64,000 bases of DNA from a virus: IMG/VR virus record IMGVR_UViG_3300042261_000588, positions 64,001 to 128,000 of that record; one strand, given 5' to 3'. Made by a program: the position numbers and the translations under genes. The notes under the pieces are model-generated. The model did not search any database. It was not told the origin of the DNA and saw only the letters and a list, made by a program, of their open reading frames with translations. Positions 29,580 through 38,055 of the stretch are shown piece by piece; position 1 is the first letter of the stretch; each line of letters starts with the position of its first letter.

Positions 29580-32257
29580 CCAAGATTTTGTGGCACATCT
29601 CGAATAGTCTGTTCAAGAGGTTTGACCCGAGGATGACGGCTCAGGGGATCATTTGGTTTGCAGAAGACGGGAATCATCTAGTCAAGGACTTGCATGGGGC
29701 ATCTGTCAACAATAGATTGCCAGTATACTTATACAAGTGCGAAGTAAGGATGGGTAAAGTTGCGGGCTGGGATGAGTATGATAAGAAGGGGCTCGGACAA
29801 TTAAGAGATGATGGATTTGACACAATCGAGCTTGATGGCGACGTGGCAGTTTTAAACAAGAACTTCATTAGAATTCTGGGAGTGCAGCAGATTGGAAAGA
29901 AGGAGCATGTAATGACAGCATCAGAAAACAAGTGTAAGGTAATTAGGCCACCGGAAGTGTTTGACTTCAAGCAGCCTCCTGAGCCGCCAGTAGTCTTTTT
30001 GGGTGGTGCTATTGATATGGGGCAGGCAGAAGATTGGCAGTCAAAACTTGCCGAGACTCTCGATGATGTTTCATGTGTGTTGCTCAATCCCAGACGCAAT
30101 GATTGGGATTCTTCATGGGAGCAGAGCATTCATAATCCCCAGTTCAAGGAGCAAGTTGAGTGGGAATTGAAGGGTTTGGAGCAGGCGACTTTTGTTGTGA
30201 TTGTCTTGCCGAAGGATTCCAAGGCTCCGATTTCGCTTTTGGAACTTGGGTTGCATGTGATTGGCAGGCGGATGATTGTCTTCTGTCAGGAAGGGTACTG
30301 GCGCAAGGGGAATGTGGATGTGGTTTGCAATCGGTATGGGGTGCCTGTTTACGAGGATTTCGACTCTTTTGCGACTTTTGTGAAGGCGAGGATTTTGGAA
30401 ACGACGGCGGGAGCGCATGAGCCGGAAGTATTGCCCGAAGGGACGGTACAGCAGCAGAAACAGCATTTCGTCGTGGCGTCGGATCGGATGGCATGGCGAA
30501 TCATGGCAAGAGAGTTCGTAATTGGAACGAAGGAGGTGCGTGTGGCTTCAAATATGAGTGCGTCTAAAAATAAAAAGGTGGTTTGTCCTGACTGCGGTCA
30601 GATGGTTGGTGTTAGGTTGGTTCCAGGAGGAGGATCGTGGAATCATTTCATTACACATATGGATCGCAAGGGAGATCACTGCAAGGGATCGGGATGGTCA
30701 GTTCCTAAATATCCAGATAAGGAAGAGTGGGGAAAGCAGGAGCGTGTATCAAGTAGATCGAGATATTGTTCCGTGCCGAGATATTGTGATTTTTACAAGG
30801 CGGTGAATGGCAAGTGGTATATGAACTTGGCGAATGATGAGGATGGGGGGTATCGCGACTCAGAAACATACGGTCCATTTGAATCACTTGATAGTGCTAA
30901 GAAGTACTTGCATAATTTCTCGAATCCGGGCTCCTATCGGACGGATGATAGTGGAAAGAAGTCTGTTCCAACTCATAGTCCAAATGGACGGCCTGTGCAA
31001 AAACCGGAAAGTCGTACGTGGAGCAGCAAAATGATGGCAACAATGACAGTTAAAGAAGGCGATATTTGCAATGTTAGTGGTCATACGGAGGCAGAAGCTG
31101 ATCCGATGGCCGGAGAGAATCTGACGAGTCTTTTCTTGACATTACAGTCTTGGGCTACTAGGAAGGCCAATAGCCTGCATTTCGGGGCACCAGTGGCCTT
31201 GCAGATACTGGACAGGCTGGATGATGTGGAGACAGCATTGAAGGGCAAGATGGGTCTCCGTGGGCGGGAAGCGGTCATTGCGCTATTGAAAGCTATGAAA
31301 GGCTGCTTTACTATGGATGCTCAGCCGATTCCGGCTCTGATTCACAGATACGGCGTGGATGCGATTCGGGAGTGTGCAGGTCGTCGTTCTGCATCGGTTG
31401 AGTCCGGCATGGGAGATACTCACCCATTTGGTTCTCCTTTGCGTGGCAGACCGGATTACGGCGAAAGAGATGGGGAAGTTGGAGAAAAATACGGATTGAA
31501 ATTACCAAGTGAGGGTATAATGACATCGGAGGATAAGAATATGAGTGTTACAGCAGAGACTTTACGAGTCCGTGTAATTGCAGACAGGATCGCCTCTATG
31601 GCGAAAGAGTTTTTAGGATCGGAGAGATGGGATGGCGAGATACAGGGACAACATATACGGTTTCAATGGGTAGATCGTAGTGAGCGTCAATATCGGCTAA
31701 CAGAGATGCCCATGCCAGGAAAGAAGCGTCTGAGGGTAAGGTCTGGTGGATTCCCAGCATGGTTGGGAGGATCACAGAAGAGGGAATATGGATTCTTGCT
31801 GATGGCAAATGTTGCACCTCGCATCAAGGCGTCGATGACATACGAGCAAGCAGCGTCCGAGATTGATAAGAGAATGAAGGAGTTGGTGGCCGAGTCGAAT
31901 GACAAGTCTTCAGAACCAAAACAAGAGCAGGATTTGATTTCGGGGCCATGGGAGACGTTGGTGTTCTATCTTGAAGTTGAGCCTGCGGATATGAAGCCAT
32001 TTGTTGTTGATGCTAAGGATTTTAAGGTTTCTGTTGGTTGGGATAAGTTTGAGGCATACGATCCGTCTTCGATTTTTGAACAGTCTGATCCGTTCTACAC
32101 GAAGTATCAATCAAAGAGTCCTACGGCTGCACGTAAGATGTATAAGGTCTTAAACGCCGATCCAGACGCATTGAAGAACGTCTCTTGGAGCGACTTTGGT
32201 GGTTGGATGAGGAGGAGTGGAATTAGCTATGACAGTCATTCGAGTCAGTGGCATTAA
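29576..32257 (+). CDS. polyvalent protein: ART-like, nucleoside 2-deoxyribosyltransferase-like, Zn ribbon and unknown domains
   Basis: LWHIS..FKRFD..GIIWF; VFLGGAIDMG..DWQ..LNPRR..WE..PISLLELG; CPDCG..H....C. Confidence 0.7.
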   Translation: MTKILWHISNSLFKRFDPRMTAQGIIWFAEDGNHLVKDLHGASVNNRLPVYLYKCEVRMGKVAGWDEYDKKGLGQLRDDGFDTIELDGDVAVLNKNFIRILGVQQIGKKEHVMTASENKCKVIRPPEVFDFKQPPEPPVVFLGGAIDMGQAEDWQSKLAETLDDVSCVLLNPRRNDWDSSWEQSIHNPQFKEQVEWELKGLEQATFVVIVLPKDSKAPISLLELGLHVIGRRMIVFCQEGYWRKGNVDVVCNRYGVPVYEDFDSFATFVKARILETTAGAHEPEVLPEGTVQQQKQHFVVASDRMAWRIMAREFVIGTKEVRVASNMSASKNKKVVCPDCGQMVGVRLVPGGGSWNHFITHMDRKGDHCKGSGWSVPKYPDKEEWGKQERVSSRSRYCSVPRYCDFYKAVNGKWYMNLANDEDGGYRDSETYGPFESLDSAKKYLHNFSNPGSYRTDDSGKKSVPTHSPNGRPVQKPESRTWSSKMMATMTVKEGDICNVSGHTEAEADPMAGENLTSLFLTLQSWATRKANSLHFGAPVALQILDRLDDVETALKGKMGLRGREAVIALLKAMKGCFTMDAQPIPALIHRYGVDAIRECAGRRSASVESGMGDTHPFGSPLRGRPDYGERDGEVGEKYGLKLPSEGIMTSEDKNMSVTAETLRVRVIADRIASMAKEFLGSERWDGEIQGQHIRFQWVDRSERQYRLTEMPMPGKKRLRVRSGGFPAWLGGSQKREYGFLLMANVAPRIKASMTYEQAASEIDKRMKELVAESNDKSSEPKQEQDLISGPWETLVFYLEVEPADMKPFVVDAKDFKVSVGWDKFEAYDPSSIFEQSDPFYTKYQSKSPTAARKMYKVLNADPDALKNVSWSDFGGWMRRSGISYDSHSSQWH

Positions 32258-32321
32258 ATCCATTTTTTCTTTATATTTGGCCCTTTCGTAGAGGGTTTGA
32301 CAAAAATGAGGTTGGAGGTTT

Positions 32322-33128
32322 ATGAATCGAACAGTATTGGCTAGTCGTCTGTTAGAGATTGCGAGTGATGTTTCTGTATTAGCGCAGTCACGGGATAGTG
32401 TTATTGCAGGCATGGCAAAGACGATCAATTCGTTTCAATTGGGTCCAGAGGTAGTCGCATCTGCAAAAGCTGTTGCGAAGTTGGCTCAGGACTTTAAGGA
32501 TCATCATGCTGATTTGATTGCACAGATAGCAGCTATGGAGAGAGCAGTAGACGCAAAGCGTGATGTTCTCAAGGCGTATTACAAGGATTGGAAGACAGAG
32601 ACTGGATATGAGAGGTCTCGCCGTGAGTTGCTTGCGCAGGCATCCACTTGTATGCAAGTTGGTGACGCCATGACAGAACTTGCTGATGACCTATCCATTG
32701 TCAAAAGGGAGTCGGAGCAAGAGTCGTATAAAGAGAAATACAATATTTTGGTTTCGACTTTGAATGAGGCGGAATTGAATAAATATCGTAGAATCTTAGA
32801 TTCTTTCTTTTCCAAACAGATCACCGAGTTGAAGACTGGTGTTAAGGAACTGGATGGTGCGGTGAAGGAGTGGCATGATAGTGCTCAGGCGATTGCCGAT
32901 GAGAGAGGCGTTAGATTGCCGAAGGCAAGTGATAATATTCGTCAGGCAGGCGTTGTGGATGAATTCATGGATGTTCTTAAGGGAATTATCCCCAAGTTGA
33001 AGGTGAGCCTCCAGAGGTGGGGGCAGAATCTTTGGAGGAACATCACGCAAAACAGCAGTCAATTAAGCGACATCAGTCAGAAGCTGCTTGATATGACAAG
33101 TAAGGCGCATGAAGTGTTGGCTTCGTAG
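32322..33128 (+). CDS. helical protein with shared tag
   Basis: MNRTVLASRLLEIASDV; SD GGAGGT. Confidence 0.65.
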   Translation: MNRTVLASRLLEIASDVSVLAQSRDSVIAGMAKTINSFQLGPEVVASAKAVAKLAQDFKDHHADLIAQIAAMERAVDAKRDVLKAYYKDWKTETGYERSRRELLAQASTCMQVGDAMTELADDLSIVKRESEQESYKEKYNILVSTLNEAELNKYRRILDSFFSKQITELKTGVKELDGAVKEWHDSAQAIADERGVRLPKASDNIRQAGVVDEFMDVLKGIIPKLKVSLQRWGQNLWRNITQNSSQLSDISQKLLDMTSKAHEVLAS

Positions 33129-33150
33129 TCTTGTGTGGGAAGGGCATGTT

Positions 33151-33768
33151 TTGAAACGGCGAATTGCGTTTTCATATGGCTGTGTGATGGTGAGACTCCC
33201 AGAACCTCTCTCTGAAGAAGTTAGAAGTTATGGAGCTTCCATACCTTCGGCTTATCTGGTAAAGGGCAACGAGGATGCTCCGTCGGGTTTATCAAATGAT
33301 GTTCATATTACCGTCAAATATGGACTCTTGGAAGATGACCTAGAGAAGGTTGCAGGAGTCATAGCAGGGACAGAGCCGATTGTGGTGAGACTTGGTCGTG
33401 CGAGCATCTTTCATAATGAGAGTCAGGCAGTTCTTAAATTGGGTGTCGAGAGTCCGGGTCTGAAGGCGTTACATCATAAGTTGGCTGGTTCTCTTCGTAA
33501 TGTCAACACATACCGGGATTATCGTCCACATGTTACAGTAGCATACATGGTGAAAAAGGAAGATGACCCTTATTACTATCGCACGTTTTTTAATGACAGT
33601 TTTGAGGGTAGGGAGTTCACGGTTGGACAGATATTACTTTCTAGGTCGAATGGACAGAAGTTTGAAATTTCATTTGGAGGGGATGTCAAATCAATAGAAT
33701 CCGAAAGAATAGATCGGATAGCCAGCGTCGTGTCTGATTCGGCATTAAGAATCTCACAGAGAAGGTAA
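33151..33768 (+). CDS. 2H phosphoesterase (Acb1/T4 gp57B-like)
   Basis: YGCVMV, HITVKYGL, YRPHVTVAY. Confidence 0.85.
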   Translation: MKRRIAFSYGCVMVRLPEPLSEEVRSYGASIPSAYLVKGNEDAPSGLSNDVHITVKYGLLEDDLEKVAGVIAGTEPIVVRLGRASIFHNESQAVLKLGVESPGLKALHHKLAGSLRNVNTYRDYRPHVTVAYMVKKEDDPYYYRTFFNDSFEGREFTVGQILLSRSNGQKFEISFGGDVKSIESERIDRIASVVSDSALRISQRR

Positions 33769-33801
33769 ACGTAAAACGTATAATATGAAAAGGAGACAAG
33801 G

Positions 33802-34227
33802 ATGAATGTTGAAGAGGTTAAGGGTGCAATTATCAAGTATGGCAGCCAACGAGCGGCGGCTAGGAAGTTAGGTCTCACAAGAGGCCAACTGAGGCATATC
33901 TTAGGGATAGGAAGAGGAACTTTTAAGGTAATTAATTCGGTTCCTAGAAATACGATGAGTCGATCAACAAGCGCCAAATCGCTCAAGGATTTCAGGATGT
34001 TGTATGATAAAAACGTGATCGTTCCAAGGAAGATTAAGGAGGCTTTAAAGCGACTAGGTGTTAATGGTTGGACATACGAGGCCGAGCTTATTCACGATGC
34101 TGGCATATCGCAGACGGATATGGGAAATTTCAGACATCTGTTTTCAGACTTCTATGTGGAGATGAAGTTGAAGAGGGTGTGGGCGGGTTCTGCGAAATTT
34201 GCACAAACACTGAGAGGCATGATATGA
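33802..34227 (+). CDS. HTH-containing protein
   Basis: GSQRAAARKLGLTRGQLR. Confidence 0.65.
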   Translation: MNVEEVKGAIIKYGSQRAAARKLGLTRGQLRHILGIGRGTFKVINSVPRNTMSRSTSAKSLKDFRMLYDKNVIVPRKIKEALKRLGVNGWTYEAELIHDAGISQTDMGNFRHLFSDFYVEMKLKRVWAGSAKFAQTLRGMI

Positions 34228-35081
34228 AAAAGAGAACACTGGGAGATTTTGAAGTGGCTCATGGACAGCCGAAGATCGCTCGTATGGAACGCCAGCTTGA
34301 AGTGGAGCGGGCAAAGGTTTCTGCATTGTCTGATGTTCAAGGGAAAGTTCGCAAGGTTGTTTCAAAGGGCAATACATTCGTTTTCGGTTTGTTCGGAGAC
34401 ACTCAGACTGGAAGTATATATTCAGCTCCAGAGTGTTGGAAGGCGTGGGCAGAACATGCCAAGGCTCGTGGCGCAACAGCTCTCTATCATACCGGCGATG
34501 TTTTGGATGGGCATCGTATTTATAAGGGGCAGGAATTTGAACTGCGTGATGTGGGCATGGAGAGACAGTTGGAGCGTCTTGTAAAGGATGCGCCAGATGT
34601 GGGTATCCCGGTGGAGTTTATCGTAGGAAATCACGATTTGTCCCTCAAACATCTCGCCGGTGTAAACATTGGGAAGGCTATCGAAGAGAGGATGTTGAAA
34701 GCCGGGCAGAAGTGGAAATTCCTCGGAGAGGAAACAGGCTATGTGGAAGTGATGACTCCCATAGGTAAGATATTCAGGCTGAGATTGTTACATCCTGGCG
34801 GTGGTAGCAGTTACGCAATTTCCTATAGACTTCAGAAGATCATTGAGTCGTTAGAAGGCGGAACAAAACCCGATATGCTGGCAGTCGGTCACTATCACAA
34901 GGCTGAGATGTTGCCGAATTATCGGAACGTATGTGGAATTCAGACTGGGGCATTCCAGTGGCAATCTCCATTCATGGCAAGAATGGGCTTGGCGGCTCAT
35001 GTCGGTGGATGGATCGTTGAGGTAACAACGGGTGCGGACTTAATCTCCATTCGTGGAGAGTTTGTCGCATTCTTTAGATAA
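34224..35081 (+). CDS. calcineurin-like metallophosphoesterase
   Basis: GDTQTGS, HTGDVLDG, GNHD, HPGGG, GHYH. Confidence 0.85.
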   Translation: MKKRTLGDFEVAHGQPKIARMERQLEVERAKVSALSDVQGKVRKVVSKGNTFVFGLFGDTQTGSIYSAPECWKAWAEHAKARGATALYHTGDVLDGHRIYKGQEFELRDVGMERQLERLVKDAPDVGIPVEFIVGNHDLSLKHLAGVNIGKAIEERMLKAGQKWKFLGEETGYVEVMTPIGKIFRLRLLHPGGGSSYAISYRLQKIIESLEGGTKPDMLAVGHYHKAEMLPNYRNVCGIQTGAFQWQSPFMARMGLAAHVGGWIVEVTTGADLISIRGEFVAFFR

Positions 35082-35101
35082 AGGAAGAAAGGAAGAAAAG
35101 A

Positions 35102-35485
35102 ATGAAAAAGAGAGAAGTTGCATCAGAGTTGGTTAAGATCGCTAAGAGTTTGTTGGCTCTTCCGATGACGTTTAATTCACCATCGACGGAAACAACTCGG
35201 TGGGCTAAGAAGACGTTGATGCTTGCACTGAATGTGGATGCAAGTTGGAAACAGATATACGAATCGTTTATGACAGTCCAAGAAGGTGGTAGTAATAAGT
35301 TCCACTACTTTGGAGTCTTCAAGTCTCGCACGGGGGGGTGTGTTGGCGGTAACGCCTATGGGCGAATCGGATATAATCCTAGAGCCATCGAGGTAGCTCG
35401 TGGTAGCGAGAGCTCGGTTATGTCGAGTGTTCGTGAGAAGGCCAGCGACAAACAGAGAAAGGGTTATCGAGTAACCGAAGTGTAA
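35102..35485 (+). CDS. WGR-domain-like protein with shared tag
   Basis: MKKREVASELVKIAKSLLA; SNKFHY..YGRIG..K.RKGY. Confidence 0.7.
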   Translation: MKKREVASELVKIAKSLLALPMTFNSPSTETTRWAKKTLMLALNVDASWKQIYESFMTVQEGGSNKFHYFGVFKSRTGGCVGGNAYGRIGYNPRAIEVARGSESSVMSSVREKASDKQRKGYRVTEV

Positions 35486-35710
35486 TAGACTTCATGTCGG
35501 CGGAAGAAGGGTAAAGCCTATGGCTGATGCAAAACATGGCTTATGACGCCAAGAAAAAGGAAGTCAGCCGCCGCATGAGGTTACTGGAAGATTAGCTTGA
35601 AAAGCATGATCGTCGGCAGAAGAATCGTCCGAATGAAACAGAGTTTGTCAAAGACTTGGATGATGTTGTGAAAAGTCTGGACGAACTTATGAGAGAGTTG
35701 GGGGTGATTT

Positions 35711-36028
35711 ATGCCTTATAATCCTGATAATCCTCCAGATGTGATACGTCGTAAGTTGCCGAAGGAAAAACAGAGGAAGTGGTGTGAGGTTTTCAACTCG
35801 GTATTTGATAAGACTAAAAGCGAGGAAAAAGCATTTCAAACAGCTTGGAGTGTAGTTAAGAAATCCTCTTGTAACTGCGACGTAGATAAGGGTTGTGGCG
35901 GCAACTGTGGCTGTTTTGGACAGCTTATTGGGCCGTCTGAGAGTGAAGGTTCTATAGCAGATGCTACTAGGACTCAAGACATCCTTAATGCAAAAGAGTT
36001 GTTGGTTCTAGCTAGAAGTCTGATTTAG
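35711..36028 (+). CDS. ChaB-like protein with C-terminal tag
   Basis: MPY..PPDV..LP..QRKWCEVFNS..AFQTAWSVVKK; ends AKELLVLARSLI. Confidence 0.7.
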   Translation: MPYNPDNPPDVIRRKLPKEKQRKWCEVFNSVFDKTKSEEKAFQTAWSVVKKSSCNCDVDKGCGGNCGCFGQLIGPSESEGSIADATRTQDILNAKELLVLARSLI

Positions 36029-36036
36029 GGAGAAAA

Positions 36037-36234
36037 ATGAGAGATGAGAATGGAATTTATATTGGCAACCAACATTGTGGTCATTGGAGGGGTGCTGAAA
36101 AGATCGAGGAGAGGACATGTTGCGGAGGAAGGAAGTCAAAGTTCGCCTTTGTTCGATGTGTTGCAAACGGGATCGTTCTTGCTGATGTGAAGTGTATGAG
36201 TCAGTGTGAGGATGCAATACCTAAAGGGGAATAA
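36037..36234 (+). CDS. small Cys-rich protein
   Basis: six Cys in 65 aa; SD GGGAG. Confidence 0.5.
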   Translation: MRDENGIYIGNQHCGHWRGAEKIEERTCCGGRKSKFAFVRCVANGIVLADVKCMSQCEDAIPKGE

Positions 36235-36235
36235 T

Positions 36236-37090
36236 ATGAAGAAAAGGATCGTAACTGCTTTTGCTTTAGTTTTGGCAGGATGTGTGACAATACCAAATGG
36301 AGGTAATATTCCCATGAATGAGACAGACAACATGATTGGAGCATCAAACAGAGTTGCAGTTTGTATTGGGTTGACTTCTGTTAATCCTGGTGCCTATCAG
36401 GGATGGGCAGGCGATTGTCCTGGATGTGATATTGATGCAAAGGGTCTTTATAGACTCTTTTTGAATGAAGGATTTTCTGCTCATCTCATACTTAATTCGG
36501 CTGCCACATGGGAGTATGTTCGTAATACAATTTTGGATTCATCCAAATTTCTCAAGGCGGGCGATTTATTGGTCGTTTCGATTTCTGGTCATGGAGGTCA
36601 AATACCGGACGACGATGGTGATGAACCAAGTGGTCAGGATTCCACCCTCTGCTTACGTGATGGACAGGTGCGTGATGATGACTTCCTAAAGATGATTCAA
36701 AAGCTTCCCAATGGCATACGGCTCGTGCTTATAAATGATCAATGTCATAGTGAGGGAAATTTCAAGGCGTTGTGGCGTCAGGTGAAGCGTGGTGTCACTC
36801 TGGGATCATCGGGTAAGAAGGTAGCTATTCCTTTGATTCGTGGAGTGGGTACAAATCAAGTTCAACTCATTCAGTTTGCAGGATGTCGTGAAGCTAATTA
36901 TTCATACGGATCGTCAAAAGGTGGGACGTGGACTCAGAATCTTCTATCAGCATACAAGCCAGAACTAACATGGAGACAGTGGTTTGACAATGCTAATAAG
37001 TTGATGCCTAGACAACAGGTTCCAGTCTGGACTCTCTATCCTGAAGGGGGCGTATCAGAAGAATTTATCAACGGATCGGTGCTTCGGTAG
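36236..37090 (+). CDS. metacaspase (peptidase C14) with lipoprotein-like signal
   Basis: LAGC lipobox; SGHGGQ; DQCHS. Confidence 0.85.
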   Translation: MKKRIVTAFALVLAGCVTIPNGGNIPMNETDNMIGASNRVAVCIGLTSVNPGAYQGWAGDCPGCDIDAKGLYRLFLNEGFSAHLILNSAATWEYVRNTILDSSKFLKAGDLLVVSISGHGGQIPDDDGDEPSGQDSTLCLRDGQVRDDDFLKMIQKLPNGIRLVLINDQCHSEGNFKALWRQVKRGVTLGSSGKKVAIPLIRGVGTNQVQLIQFAGCREANYSYGSSKGGTWTQNLLSAYKPELTWRQWFDNANKLMPRQQVPVWTLYPEGGVSEEFINGSVLR

Positions 37091-37137
37091 TATAATGAGG
37101 CGAGGTAATGTGCCTCGGCAATATGAGGAGGGTGTTT

Positions 37138-37428
37138 ATGGAGAAGGTAGATCGTTTATTTCTTGAGAAGGACTGTCCGCATTGTGGAGTGATTCGTGCG
37201 GAAGTTGATATGGTTGCTGTCACTCAGGATTCTTTCCGGGGGCAAGCAGATCAAAAGTTTTTCGTTTTCTCTGCGCTCTCAAATGAGGCGTCTATAGACC
37301 TCCTAGAGAAATATGGACTGGCTGGCAAAAATATGCCGGTTCTTGTCACATATGAAGGAGAGGTTCGGACTGATACGAACCAAATTCTCGGCTGGCTGCG
37401 TGTGAACAAGATGTCTACTCAGGGTTGA
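37138..37428 (+). CDS. thioredoxin/glutaredoxin-fold protein
   Basis: CPHC and MPVLV. Confidence 0.6.
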   Translation: MEKVDRLFLEKDCPHCGVIRAEVDMVAVTQDSFRGQADQKFFVFSALSNEASIDLLEKYGLAGKNMPVLVTYEGEVRTDTNQILGWLRVNKMSTQG

Positions 37429-37446
37429 CAACAGGTTAATTCCTGA

Positions 37447-38055
37447 ATGATCGGCACTCTTCACATCGTTTTGGCAATGAAGCCACTTGAAGGCAATTTC
37501 GTGCAAAATGCCTTCAAGCACGGTGTTGCTGGTTTGAACATCGACGGTTCTAGAATTTCTGGTCCAAAGGGTGATGGCGTATGGGGTACTAGTAACAAGA
37601 CGATCAATCGGGACAGGAAGTTCAATGCGTCGCCTACTATGGGGGAATACCGGAGTGAGGCGCATGCAGGGGGCAGATGGCCCTCCAATGTTATTCTTGG
37701 TCATCTAGAGGGTTGTCGATGCGTTGGTAACAAGAAAGTAGCCGGAGAGAAGTTCAGAGGATTGAAGGGAACGAAGGCTCGGTCTTGGAAGAATCAAAGC
37801 GTTGACGGCATCAATCGAGTTGGTCATGCTGATGCAGATGGCAAGGAGACTGTAGAAGCATGGGACTGTCAAGAAGGATGTCCTGCGAAGGCTATGGACG
37901 AACAAAGTGGAGTGCGAAAGACAACTTGGGTGTCAAAGTCGCACAAGAACAATCGTAAGGATGGTTTTCTTGGAGCGGTGGGGCATCCAGGAGAACAGGG
38001 ATTTAATGATTCTGGTGGTGCTTCACGATTTTTTAAGCAGGTGAAGGAAAGATGA
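37447..38055 (+). CDS. stand-alone DNA methyltransferase middle segment, copy 1
   Basis: IVLAMKP, GLNIDGSRI, GRWPSNV, GGASRFF; no DPPY or SAM motif. Confidence 0.7.
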   Translation: MIGTLHIVLAMKPLEGNFVQNAFKHGVAGLNIDGSRISGPKGDGVWGTSNKTINRDRKFNASPTMGEYRSEAHAGGRWPSNVILGHLEGCRCVGNKKVAGEKFRGLKGTKARSWKNQSVDGINRVGHADADGKETVEAWDCQEGCPAKAMDEQSGVRKTTWVSKSHKNNRKDGFLGAVGHPGEQGFNDSGGASRFFKQVKER

